24,000 nt of DNA from Treponema sp. (GTDB lineage: Bacteria > Spirochaetota > Spirochaetia > Treponematales > Treponemataceae): contig JAAYNH010000010.1 of assembly GCA_012520945.1 (NCBI GenBank), forward strand, positions 33,752-57,751, given 5' to 3'. The notes below the pieces were generated by a model, which searched no databases, was not told where the DNA came from, and saw only the letters and a list, made by a program, of their open reading frames with translations. Below, piece after piece: positions 8,019 through 16,990 of the stretch. The translations under genes were made by a program, and so were the position numbers. Position 1 is the first letter of the stretch. Each line of letters starts with the position of its first letter.

Positions 8019-9062
8019 TTATATAAATGAACAACGAACTAAACTTTCATTTTCTTCTATTTTTTTTGCAGAAATAAATTTTAGCTCCGGTAGCGTTTTA
8101 TCACAACTAAAAAAAACTTGACTGTTGTTTTTTCTTTTTTGAACAAGAGGGCAACGTGAAAAAAACGGGCATCCTTTTTCAGGATTTGCCGGATCAGTAA
8201 CTTTACCGGGAATTGGTTTTAGTGGTGTTTCAGAATAGTGACTACCAAAAACAGGTGAGGCAGAGATTAATGCTTTTGTATATGGATGCTGTGGGTCAAA
8301 CTGTATTTTTTTTGCTTGAGCACTTTCCATAATTAAACCACCGTACATAACGATAATTTTGTTGGAAATTTGTGCAACTAAATCAATGTTGTGACTTATA
8401 AAAATAATAGAGATACCACGATTTTTTTGTAATGATAAAAGTAAATCAATTATTTGTGATTGAATAGTTACATCTAGTGCAGTAGTTGGTTCATCCGCAA
8501 TGAGTAGCTCACAATTTTGTGCAAGTGACAAAGCGATTCCAATTCTTTGCAACTGCCCGCCTGAAAATTGATGAGGGAAATTTTGCAATCGATCGGCTGC
8601 ATTTTCAATTCCCGTTTCTTCTAAAAGTTCAATTGCTTTTTTAGTAGCTTCTTCTTTTGTGATATATTTGTTACTGTTGCGAAAAGTTTCAAAAAAAACA
8701 CTAAACATATTTTGTAGAGGGTCAAATGAACGACCCGGTTCTTGAAAAATCATTCCAATTTTTTTACCGCGAAATTCGCGTAAAGAATTTAAGTTTTTTT
8801 TGTCACCCTTTGACAGGGCTATTAATTCTGTTCCGTCAAAAAAAACTTGACCACTAACATTTGCATTAGCAGGTAAAAGTCCGGTGATTGCACTTGTACA
8901 AACACTTTTACCGGAACCGCTTTCCCCAACAATACCCAAAATTTCTCCGCGTTGCAAAGAAAACGAAACATCGCGCACTGCATGAATTTTTACAGTTTGT
9001 TGTCCGCGTAATATATTAAAAGTCACTTGTAAATTTTTTACATCTAAAAGTATGTTTGTCAT
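8019..9062 (-). CDS. oppD: Oligopeptide/dipeptide ABC transporter ATP-binding protein, OppD type
   Basis: Walker A GESGSGKS, signature FSGGQLQR, Walker B LLIADEPTTALD, MIFQEPGRSFDP, HPYTKAL. Cys-rich C-terminal tail. The ATG overlaps the oppC TAA (TAATG). Confidence 0.88.
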   Translation of the reverse strand: MTNILLDVKNLQVTFNILRGQQTVKIHAVRDVSFSLQRGEILGIVGESGSGKSVCTSAITGLLPANANVSGQVFFDGTELIALSKGDKKNLNSLREFRGKKIGMIFQEPGRSFDPLQNMFSVFFETFRNSNKYITKEEATKKAIELLEETGIENAADRLQNFPHQFSGGQLQRIGIALSLAQNCELLIADEPTTALDVTIQSQIIDLLLSLQKNRGISIIFISHNIDLVAQISNKIIVMYGGLIMESAQAKKIQFDPQHPYTKALISASPVFGSHYSETPLKPIPGKVTDPANPEKGCPFFSRCPLVQKRKNNSQVFFSCDKTLPELKFISAKKIEENESLVRCSFI

Positions 9063-10162
9063 TATTTATTATCCTTTTTAATTTTTTTGTTTTTAAGATT
9101 GAAAAATTTTGGAAATACAACATGATAAGGATCAAAAAAATCACGCATTGCATCTCCAATAAAATTAAATGCTAAAGTTACGGTTATTAAAAACCAAACA
9201 GGACTTAATAACCATGGATAATTTTTTAAATTATTTAATGTAGAAATATCACGTTTAATCAACGAACCCCAACTTACTGCAGGATCCGCAATGCCTAAAC
9301 CTAAATATGAAAGAGTTGTTTCACTCATAATAAAACCGGGAATTGAAAGAGCGGTGCTAATGATTAACAAACTTGCAATTTGAGGAATTATATGTTTAAA
9401 AATTATTACTGGAGAAGGTATGCCTTCAAGTTGTGCATTTAAAATAAATTCTTCACGTTTAATTGAATGCACAACGCCACGAATTGTACGTGCAGTTCCC
9501 GGCCAACCAACTAATGATAAAATAATTGTAATGACCATGTAGCTTTGTCCTGAATCCATTGAGTTGGAAAGTAAACTGCGTAAGAATAAAATTAAATATA
9601 GTCCGGGAACAAGCATAAAAAATTCTGATATGCGCATAATGGTCCAGTCTGTGGGACCTCCATAATATCCGGCAAGGCCACCAAGTAAAATTGCAAGCAG
9701 TAAAGAAATGGCTGTTGCAACAAAACCTATTGTTAATGAAATGCGACTGCCATGTACTATTCGTGAAAATAAATCACGACCTAAGTTATCCGCACCAAAT
9801 AAAAATACAGGATATCTGTTTCCATTTTCATCAGGCCTTGCTAAAAATAAATGTATGTCACAGGAAATGATTCCAAAAATTTTATAAGGCTCGCCTTTTG
9901 CAAAAAAATCCAAATTATGATATAAATTTTTTACTCTTGCATATTTCCAGTTTACGGAATTTAATACGCGAGCTTCTTGCACCTTTAATCCATTTGCAAA
10001 ACGCACATTACGCGGATGATAACTCATTTTTTCAAAAGATGTTGTGGCACTGTATGGTGCAAAAAAATCTGCACCGAACATCATAACATAAAGCAAAACT
10101 AAAATAATAAAACTTATAAATGCTAGTGGTCGTGTTTTTAAATATATAAAAAACTTTTTCAT
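9062..10162 (-). CDS. oppC: Oligopeptide ABC transporter permease, OppC type
   Basis: Multi-span membrane protein with N-terminal FGADFFAPY and the EAA-like region SIKREEFILNAQLEGIP. AAGGA SD. Sits between oppB and oppD. Confidence 0.85.
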   Translation of the reverse strand: MKKFFIYLKTRPLAFISFIILVLLYVMMFGADFFAPYSATTSFEKMSYHPRNVRFANGLKVQEARVLNSVNWKYARVKNLYHNLDFFAKGEPYKIFGIISCDIHLFLARPDENGNRYPVFLFGADNLGRDLFSRIVHGSRISLTIGFVATAISLLLAILLGGLAGYYGGPTDWTIMRISEFFMLVPGLYLILFLRSLLSNSMDSGQSYMVITIILSLVGWPGTARTIRGVVHSIKREEFILNAQLEGIPSPVIIFKHIIPQIASLLIISTALSIPGFIMSETTLSYLGLGIADPAVSWGSLIKRDISTLNNLKNYPWLLSPVWFLITVTLAFNFIGDAMRDFFDPYHVVFPKFFNLKNKKIKKDNK

Positions 10163-10167
10163 AAATT

Positions 10168-11238
10168 TTATTCCTTTCCGTAACGAATGCGCGGGTCGAC
10201 AAAAGCTAATACAATATCTGCAATGACCATACCAAGTAAAACTAAAAATGATATGAACATCAAGTTTGCTAAAACTAAATTAATATCTTCTTGTAAAACA
10301 GCTTCATACATTAAGCGACCAATTCCCGGATAAGCAAAAATAATTTCCAAAACTAAAGAACCTGAAAAAAGTGATGCAAGAAGATTTGCACTACTTGTAA
10401 TATATGGATTTAACGTGTTACGAAAAGCGTGTGCAAAATAAATTCTTTTTTCCGAGATGCCACGACTACGCAAACTTGTGATATACGGTTGACCAAGTTG
10501 ATCAAGCATTGTTGCACGTATCGTTCGCATGGTTGAACCTATTCCTGCAAGAAATGAAGCAAGTAAAGGTAAAAAAATATGATGGGCATAACTGAAAATA
10601 AATTTGCTACGGTTTTCAGAAAATGGAAAATCCGGATAGCCTGTAACAGGAAATAAATTTGTAGTTGAGGCAAAAAGTTGCAGCAAAATTAAAACTAAAA
10701 TTCCGGGAAGAGAATGTAAAACAAGTGCAAAAAAAGTTGCAACAAAATCGAGTCGTGTTCCGACTTTACTTGAAAACCAAACTCCAAGAATAAAAGAAAA
10801 AATTGTTATAAACACTAAAGAAATTATATTTAAAATTACAGAATTAATAAGTCTGCTTTTAATTAAAAAAGAAACGGGTGCACGGCTAATTAAACTTATA
10901 CCTAAGTCACCGCTAAAAACACGTGCTAACCATTTGAAATACTGTATATAAAAAGGTTTATCCAAACCTAAATCTGCACGAAGTTCTGCAATTTGCTCAG
11001 TGGAAAGTGCGGAATCTTTTTGACCGGATTTTTGTTCACTAGCCATAAGTTGTTGTGTCATTAATTGATCAACAATATCTCCTGGTGCTAATTCCATTAA
11101 ACCGAAAACTGCAAAACCTAGCATAAATAAAATTGCAACCATTGTAATTATGCGTGAAACAATAAATGCAAAAAGAGGTGCTTTAGTTTTAAATAACAAC
11201 CAAGGTAATTTAATTTTATGAATTATATTTTTTATCAT
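10168..11238 (-). CDS. oppB: Oligopeptide ABC transporter permease, OppB type
   Basis: GGAG SD. APGD near the N-terminus, LGLDKPFYIQYFKW, the EAA-like region YITSLRSRGISEKRIYFAHAFRN, and C-terminal DPRIRY. Confidence 0.87.
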   Translation of the reverse strand: MIKNIIHKIKLPWLLFKTKAPLFAFIVSRIITMVAILFMLGFAVFGLMELAPGDIVDQLMTQQLMASEQKSGQKDSALSTEQIAELRADLGLDKPFYIQYFKWLARVFSGDLGISLISRAPVSFLIKSRLINSVILNIISLVFITIFSFILGVWFSSKVGTRLDFVATFFALVLHSLPGILVLILLQLFASTTNLFPVTGYPDFPFSENRSKFIFSYAHHIFLPLLASFLAGIGSTMRTIRATMLDQLGQPYITSLRSRGISEKRIYFAHAFRNTLNPYITSSANLLASLFSGSLVLEIIFAYPGIGRLMYEAVLQEDINLVLANLMFISFLVLLGMVIADIVLAFVDPRIRYGKE

Positions 11239-11259
11239 GTTAACTCCGTTTTATTACTA

Positions 11260-13128
11260 TTAAAACATATCATTTAAATATACAAAGTCTGTGACAGCAC
11301 CACCGATGTTATCAAAATAAAAATTTTCAAAGTTCCATCGATTGTTCATTGCAAAAAAACTTTTTGAGCGAACTAAATAAATTATAGGGCATTGTTCCAA
11401 AATAATTTTTTGATATTCGTCCCATATTTTTTCTGCTACATTTGTGTCGATGGTATAAGAGCCTTCGTTATATAAAAAATCAATACGTGCTTCCCATTCT
11501 GTTGCTGGTTTTTTTTGTAATGGATACCATAAATGTAAATTACCTGTTGACGGCCATACGTTGCTACCTTGCGTTGGCCAGTAGTTTGAACCTAATCCTA
11601 TAATTACAGATTGCCAATCATAAGTTGCAGAAAGTTGTTCAACAATTTTTTGAAAATCAATGTTACGTATGCGAACATTAATACCAATTTTTGCACATTC
11701 ATCTGCAATGATTGAAGCAATATCACTGTACACATTTGAGTCTGAAGTAATTGTTAAATCAAATTCAATTTTATTTCCATCACTATCTATCATCGTTCCT
11801 TCAGTGTTTTGTTTTATGCCGATTTTTTCTAGAAGAATTTTAGCCTGCTCCGGATTGTAACGATATTGCAAAGAAATTTCTTCTTTGAAAAACGGATTTG
11901 CCTCTGCGAAAAAAGAATATTTCGGTTCTGCCAAACCGCGATACGCTTGCTGAATAATTCTTTGACGATTAAGTAAACAACTCATTGCTTGACGAAATTC
12001 TTTTTGTATAAACCAGTGATAATATTTTTCATTTATATTTTTTGGATTTTGGTTAAATGACCAAAGAGGAGCGGATAAACTTCCTTGTGAATTAAATACG
12101 CTCCATCCTTTTGTTTTGTCATCAGAGATTAAAACTCTATCAAAATTGTTTGCATCATTAACTAATTCATCAATATCTTCAGGACGTGGAGCGTAAGTTT
12201 CTTGACGACCATCTTTGAAAAGTAAAAACTGTGTGTTTTGATCTGAAACAATTTGTACAATTTTTTGTTCAGGATATGGAAAAGCATTTCCGTATTCATC
12301 ACGTTTCCAGTAATCAGGATTGCGCGTAAAAACTAATCTTTGGCCGGGACTATACTCAGTTAAAAACCACATTCCCATGCTAGGAATTTTTTTTACATCT
12401 GTGGCAACGCTCAATAAATCTTTTACAGCTTTTGTCCCTCCGTTTTTTTTTGCTTCTGCATATAAAAACTTTGGACCAAAATTTCTGTTTGTTGAAAGTA
12501 GCGGATTTGAATCCAGTCGCGGAAAATGAAAAGCGAAAGTTTTATCATCAATTTTTTTTATTGTAATGCGTTCATTTGAACCATCGTCCATTTCAACAAA
12601 CTGACTATTATATGCAGAAGAATGAAATTCGGGATCTCCTTCAATTTCATCATACCAAAAAATTACATCATCGGAAGTTACAGGAATTTTTTCATTGCTA
12701 TTATAAAAACTCCAAAATAAATTTTCGCGCAAAGTATATGTAACTGTCATGGTTTTATTTTTTTCATCAATAAAAACTTTTGGTGTTGCACACTGTGGAA
12801 CAAATTCTTTTTTTACATAATCATAATTTACAAGATAATCATGCATATGTGAAAGAATTGATGCGGTTGTACCATCGCGTTCAGCTATTAAAAGATTAAA
12901 ACTTTTTGGATCAGCTGTCATTGATGATTGCCATATACCATTAACTTTCCCGGCTTTATAAGTTTCACCTTTCCAGGGTTTTGAAATTGTTTTAGAAATT
13001 AAATCGTTTTTGATGGAAAGTTTTGCAAGTTCAATTTCTTCCAAAGTCATTTCAGGTATTTTTGTGCAGGAAGTTAGAAAAGCAAAAATATACATAATAT
13101 ATATAGAAGATAAAAAAAAGTTTTTCAA
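11260..13128 (-). CDS. oppA: Peptide ABC transporter substrate-binding lipoprotein (SBP family 5), OppA type
   Basis: Start trimmed to TTG at 13128, with GGAGG 4 nt upstream. This gives the signal peptide MKNFFLSSIYIMYIFAFLTSC with lipobox LTSC, and removes the overlap with the upstream gene. The body has family-5 SBP character and sits first in the oppABCD order. Confidence 0.82.
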   Translation of the reverse strand: MKNFFLSSIYIMYIFAFLTSCTKIPEMTLEEIELAKLSIKNDLISKTISKPWKGETYKAGKVNGIWQSSMTADPKSFNLLIAERDGTTASILSHMHDYLVNYDYVKKEFVPQCATPKVFIDEKNKTMTVTYTLRENLFWSFYNSNEKIPVTSDDVIFWYDEIEGDPEFHSSAYNSQFVEMDDGSNERITIKKIDDKTFAFHFPRLDSNPLLSTNRNFGPKFLYAEAKKNGGTKAVKDLLSVATDVKKIPSMGMWFLTEYSPGQRLVFTRNPDYWKRDEYGNAFPYPEQKIVQIVSDQNTQFLLFKDGRQETYAPRPEDIDELVNDANNFDRVLISDDKTKGWSVFNSQGSLSAPLWSFNQNPKNINEKYYHWFIQKEFRQAMSCLLNRQRIIQQAYRGLAEPKYSFFAEANPFFKEEISLQYRYNPEQAKILLEKIGIKQNTEGTMIDSDGNKIEFDLTITSDSNVYSDIASIIADECAKIGINVRIRNIDFQKIVEQLSATYDWQSVIIGLGSNYWPTQGSNVWPSTGNLHLWYPLQKKPATEWEARIDFLYNEGSYTIDTNVAEKIWDEYQKIILEQCPIIYLVRSKSFFAMNNRWNFENFYFDNIGGAVTDFVYLNDMF

Positions 13129-13176
13129 TTTTCCTCCATTAATTTGCAAGTTTGTGTAGAGTAAACTTACAAGCAT

Positions 13177-13205
13177 ATAGTAAGGCATAAAAGAAATTTT
13201 TGCAA
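13177..13205 (-). promoter_or_regulatory. Candidate sigma-70 promoter for oppABCD
   Basis: On the minus strand: TTGCAA (13205-13200), 17-nt spacer, TACTAT (13182-13177). It lies about 45 nt upstream of the oppA TTG and just downstream of the preceding gene's stop. Confidence 0.4.
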
Positions 13206-13208
13206 CAA

Positions 13209-13943
13209 TTAATTTGAGTCTTGTCTTGTACAGAAAAACCAAAACGGAGCAGGCATTAGTTTTGCATTGTTTTTTATAATAGCACCTTCAGGAGAGTTTG
13301 GAAAAATTTTTTCTATTATATGAGAATATTGAGAATCATTTGTTATGTAAAAAAGAGTTAAGAGTATTTGTGGTTTCACTGTAATCATTGTATCTAATTC
13401 AAGATATGACTTTAAAATTACGATAGGTTCATGTAAATCTTCTTCTTTATCAATTTTGCAAAGCCACTGCCAAGCAGAATATAATTTAAATTTAGCATTT
13501 TCATTTTCTGTGATTTCTTCCTTTGAAATTGTGTTTAATAAAATTTCGGCAGTGACAAAATCACCACGTGATAAAGTACATCTAACAGCATTTAAAGTTA
13601 AACTTGTATTTGAAAAAATTTTATCATTTGCAAAATTAGCAATTGCCACAGAATAGTTTTTTTGTGCTTCATTATACAAGCCTAGTTGTTCAAAAATTTC
13701 TGCACTTAATATATATGAATAACGTGCATCTAAAATTTTATTTTGTTCTGAAAAGCTTTGTGCCATAGAGGTAATTTCTTTTGCTATATCTTCCGGATTA
13801 TTTTCATTAAATGCATTTTCAATTTTTTTTCGTGAATCTTCATTCATATATTTAAGAATGTTTTTAAAAGATGAAGAAAAAGAAAAAATATTTGTTATGA
13901 AAAAACAAAATATAAAAAATAAAATAAAAAATTTTAAACGCAT
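13209..13943 (-). CDS. Hypothetical exported protein with possible TPR-like helical repeats
   Basis: AGGA SD. N-terminal hydrophobic signal MRLKFFILFFIFCFFITNIFSFSS. TPR-like segment ARYSYILSAEIFEQLGLYNEAQKNYSVAI. I recognise no family. Confidence 0.6.
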   Translation of the reverse strand: MRLKFFILFFIFCFFITNIFSFSSSFKNILKYMNEDSRKKIENAFNENNPEDIAKEITSMAQSFSEQNKILDARYSYILSAEIFEQLGLYNEAQKNYSVAIANFANDKIFSNTSLTLNAVRCTLSRGDFVTAEILLNTISKEEITENENAKFKLYSAWQWLCKIDKEEDLHEPIVILKSYLELDTMITVKPQILLTLFYITNDSQYSHIIEKIFPNSPEGAIIKNNAKLMPAPFWFFCTRQDSN

Positions 13944-13960
13944 TGATTAATTCCTAAAGA

Positions 13961-14257
13961 TTATCTAATCTTAATTTTGGATTTTTTAGATTCATCTTTT
14001 TGAGGTTCGGAAATTTCCGGTGTGTTTTGTGATTTTATATTTTGTTCGGCTTTTTGTTTTTTAGGTGTTTTTTTTGAAAAGCAAAAAGGTAACATGAGCA
14101 AAGCACCAATTCCTACTGAAATAAATACAATTAAAAAAACAGGAACGTTTTCAAGTACCTTTCCAAAAAGCCAAATGCTACAAACATTGTTCAAATTAAA
14201 ACCGATGAACAAACATATAATAACAATAAAAATAACAAAAAAAATAATTGATACCAT
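13961..14257 (-). CDS. Small two-TM membrane protein, LapA/DUF1049-like, with a Lys-rich C-terminal tail
   Basis: Start trimmed to ATG 14257, preceded by AGGAGAAAGA. The sequence MVSIIFFVIFIVIICLFIGFNLNN....VPVFLIVFISVGIGALLML resembles the LapA-domain pattern. Confidence 0.5.
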   Translation of the reverse strand: MVSIIFFVIFIVIICLFIGFNLNNVCSIWLFGKVLENVPVFLIVFISVGIGALLMLPFCFSKKTPKKQKAEQNIKSQNTPEISEPQKDESKKSKIKIR

Positions 14258-14363
14258 TCTTTCTCCTAAAAAATAATTTTTCGTGCTTTTGTAGCTCAGT
14301 GAAAAAGTACAAATAAAAAAGTTTTGATAAGTCAAAATATTAACTATCAATTAAAAAAAATCT

Positions 14364-15695
14364 CTATTCCTTTACAATTATACCCCTAAAAGTGTTCCCG
14401 TTCAATTCTTTTAGTTGAACTTTTACAAAATTTCCAATTAAACTTGAATCTGCTTCAAACACAACGTGCGCATTTTTTTCTGTACGACCTAAAAGCTCAT
14501 TTTTATTATCACGAGAAATTGTTTCCACTAAAACAGTTACAATATTTCCAATTCGTTTTTGCATTTCCGTTTTTGTGTTTTTAAGTTGTAAGTCAATTAT
14601 TTTTGAAAGTCGTGCTTTTTTCGTTTTCATGGGAATTTGGTTCGTCATAGAAAAAGCCTTGGTTCCTTCACGCGGATTAAAATAATACATAAATGCACTT
14701 TCGTAACTTACTTCATTAAAAAGTGAAACTGTCTTTTCAAAATCTTCTTCCGTTTCACCTGGAAAGCCGACCATCACATCTGTTGTTAAAGTAATCTCCG
14801 GAATTTTTTTTCGAATCATTTTTACAAGATCTAAATACTGTTCTCTTGTATATTTTCTATTCATTGCTTCCAAAATTTTTGAAGAACCGTGTTGTACCGG
14901 AAGATGAATATGACGACAAAAAATTTTTTCTTCGGCAATTACATCAATCAATTTTTCCGATAAATCTTTTGGATGACTTGACATAAATCTTATCCAACCG
15001 ATTGAACTTTTAATATTCTTCAGATGGTTGGCAATCATTTTCATTAAAATAGGAAAATCAATTTCATTTCCATCATCGTCATTAAATCGATATGAATTTA
15101 CATTTTGACCTAGTAGAGTAACTTCTTTTACTTTATGATAACTTAATTGAGAAAGCTCTTCTAAAATTTCTTTTGGCGAACGTGACACTTCTCGACCACG
15201 AACATAAGGCACAATGCAATATGTACAAAAATTATTGCAACCGTGCATTATCGGAACGTACGCACGAAACTCTCCAATTTCATATGAAAGAGGTGCAAAA
15301 GTATAAATAGGTTCTTCATCAATTTTTTCAAGTTTTCGATTTTGTTCAATAGCATCGATGATATCTAGAAAACTTTGTTTTTGAAAAGTCCCAACAACAT
15401 AATCTATAACCGGAAAGTTTTTCTTAAAATCGTCTTTTAATCTTTCTGCCATGCAACCTGTAACAACTAAAACAAAACTGTCTTGTCGCTGTCTTCTAAG
15501 TGCTGTATACCAACCAAGCCGGCCAAGAATTCGCGTTTCTGCTGTAGCTCTAACAGAACAAGTATTTATTACAACAAATTTAGCTTCTTGTGCATTTTTT
15601 GCAGCTTTCCAGTTTCTGTTAATAAAAAGATGTTCAATGCTAGCACTTTCTGCTTTGTTCATTTCACACCCATAAGTTTCAAAAAAATATGTCAT
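14364..15695 (-). CDS. miaB: tRNA-i6A37 methylthiotransferase (radical SAM)
   Basis: Start trimmed to ATG 15695, giving MTYFFETYGCEMN, the canonical N-terminus. VINTCSVR motif. Radical-SAM cluster CNNFCTYC. C-terminal TRAM-like LLGRTEKNAHVVFEAD..IGNFVKVQL. Confidence 0.87.
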   Translation of the reverse strand: MTYFFETYGCEMNKAESASIEHLFINRNWKAAKNAQEAKFVVINTCSVRATAETRILGRLGWYTALRRQRQDSFVLVVTGCMAERLKDDFKKNFPVIDYVVGTFQKQSFLDIIDAIEQNRKLEKIDEEPIYTFAPLSYEIGEFRAYVPIMHGCNNFCTYCIVPYVRGREVSRSPKEILEELSQLSYHKVKEVTLLGQNVNSYRFNDDDGNEIDFPILMKMIANHLKNIKSSIGWIRFMSSHPKDLSEKLIDVIAEEKIFCRHIHLPVQHGSSKILEAMNRKYTREQYLDLVKMIRKKIPEITLTTDVMVGFPGETEEDFEKTVSLFNEVSYESAFMYYFNPREGTKAFSMTNQIPMKTKKARLSKIIDLQLKNTKTEMQKRIGNIVTVLVETISRDNKNELLGRTEKNAHVVFEADSSLIGNFVKVQLKELNGNTFRGIIVKE

Positions 15696-15744
15696 ATTAT
15701 ATAGAAGATAACATAAAAAATAAAAAAATAATAGATTAATATTA

Positions 15745-15773
15745 TTGCAAGTTGACACATAGTATAATATAAT
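15745..15773 (+). promoter_or_regulatory. Sigma-70 promoter positioned for a leaderless acyltransferase transcript
   Basis: TTGCAA (15745-15750), 17-nt spacer, TATAAT (15768-15773), 7 nt (aattatc), ATG at 15781. No SD. Confidence 0.6.
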
Positions 15774-15780
15774 AATTATC

Positions 15781-16971
15781 ATGGTAGATGAAAAAAAATA
15801 TAAACGTCATATAAAAATTTGGAATTTTTGCTTTAAATATCTACAAGGAATTATAAAAAAAATTTTTTCTTATGATTGTGAAGTTGCTCCGGAAATTTCA
15901 TCTCCATATTTAGTTTTATCAAATCATAATGTAGATCTTGATCCGGCACTCATTGGTTTTAGTTTTCCAAAACAAATGTATTTTGTAGCAAGCGAACATG
16001 TTTACAGAGTGGGTATTGTTTCAAAAATTTTAAAATGGGCTTTTGAACCAATTGCTAAAATTAAAGGTTCATCAGATACTACTGCAGTTATGAAAGTGAT
16101 TCGATATTTGCGTAATGGGAAAAATGTTTGTCTTTTTCCTGAAGGAAATAGATCGTTTAATGGTAAAACCGGAGAAATTACAGAAGCAATAGGTAAGCTG
16201 GTTAAAGCATCAAAAGCAACTTTAGTTACTTATAAAACAATAGGTGGATATTTTACAACACCTAGATGGGGTTATGGTATTCGTAAAGGAAAGATGTTTG
16301 GAAAAGTTGTAAACATTTATGATGTTGAAAAACTTAACTTAATGACAGTTGAAGAAATAACGAAAGTAGTCGCAAAAGATATTTTTGTAGATGCATATGA
16401 AGAGCAAAAACAAAATCCAATAAAGTACAAAGGAAAAAAAATTGCAAAAAGTTTGGAAATAGCTTTGTGTGTTTGTCCTAATTGCAAAAAAATTGATTCG
16501 CTTAAAACAAATGCAAAAGAAATTTTTTGTATGGTATGTAATTTAAAAACTAAAATTAATGAGTATGGATTTTTTGATAAGGATTTTGTTTTTGAAACAA
16601 TAACAGAGTGGGATAGTTTTCAGGAAAAATATTTTGAAAATGCAATTATGCAAAAAGAATTTCATGAAGATGAAATAATTTTTTCAGATGAAGATGTCTG
16701 TATAAAAATTATTAAAAAAAATCATGAAGAAAAAATTTTAGGTGTTGGAAAACTTTTTTTTAAAAATGAAAAAATTATTTTTGAGTTTGGAAATAAAAAA
16801 GAAAAAAAAGAAACAAAATATTTTCCAATTAATGAAATTTCCGATATGTCAATTTATGGTAAAAATGTTTTAGTTTTTACAGATAATGATGGAATTCATT
16901 ATGAAGCTAAAGGAAAAAAAATGAAAAATGTTAGAAAATATTTATATATGCATAAATATAGGGAGAACTGA
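15781..16971 (+). CDS. Lysophospholipid (PlsC-family) acyltransferase with a C-terminal Cys4 zinc-ribbon and an extra ~140-aa domain
   Basis: HX4D motif SNHNVDLDP, FPEGNRS motif, and Cys cluster C230-V-C232-P-N-C235 ... C250-M-V-C253. No alternative start occurs before the HX4D motif. Confidence 0.8.
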   Translation: MVDEKKYKRHIKIWNFCFKYLQGIIKKIFSYDCEVAPEISSPYLVLSNHNVDLDPALIGFSFPKQMYFVASEHVYRVGIVSKILKWAFEPIAKIKGSSDTTAVMKVIRYLRNGKNVCLFPEGNRSFNGKTGEITEAIGKLVKASKATLVTYKTIGGYFTTPRWGYGIRKGKMFGKVVNIYDVEKLNLMTVEEITKVVAKDIFVDAYEEQKQNPIKYKGKKIAKSLEIALCVCPNCKKIDSLKTNAKEIFCMVCNLKTKINEYGFFDKDFVFETITEWDSFQEKYFENAIMQKEFHEDEIIFSDEDVCIKIIKKNHEEKILGVGKLFFKNEKIIFEFGNKKEKKETKYFPINEISDMSIYGKNVLVFTDNDGIHYEAKGKKMKNVRKYLYMHKYREN

Positions 16972-16990
16972 ATGGGAGGAAAAAATTAAT

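Noticed and set aside
13129-13242. ORF-track N-terminal extension of oppA that overlaps the upstream gene
   Set aside because: A TTG at 13128 with a GGAGG SD yields a textbook lipoprotein signal (…FLTSC). The extension has no signal-like features and would overlap the 13209-13943 gene.
14324-14350. TTGATA / TATCAA inverted repeat after miaB, as a terminator
   Set aside because: The stem is 6 bp of A/T pairs only, with a 14-nt loop. That is too weak to call, although a T-rich stretch follows on the minus strand.
15737-15744. TAATATTA palindrome in the miaB/acyltransferase intergenic region, as an operator
   Set aside because: An 8-bp palindrome made only of A and T is expected by chance in DNA of this composition.
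15752-15768. Perfect TTGACA and TATAAT hexamers upstream of the acyltransferase gene
   Set aside because: They are only 5 nt apart, so they cannot act as a -35/-10 pair. The TTGCAA(15745)-N17-TATAAT(15768) pairing fits instead.
15696-15782. ORF-track N-terminal extension of miaB
   Set aside because: The canonical MiaB N-terminus (MTYFFETYGCEMN) begins at ATG 15695. The extension is a low-complexity AT-rich translation and would consume the divergent promoter region. For analogous reasons I trimmed creD (6640 to 6697), the lapA-like gene (14350 to 14257), the gltS-like gene (16928 to 16991), ftsH (21380 to 21353) and fliS (22915 to 22987).
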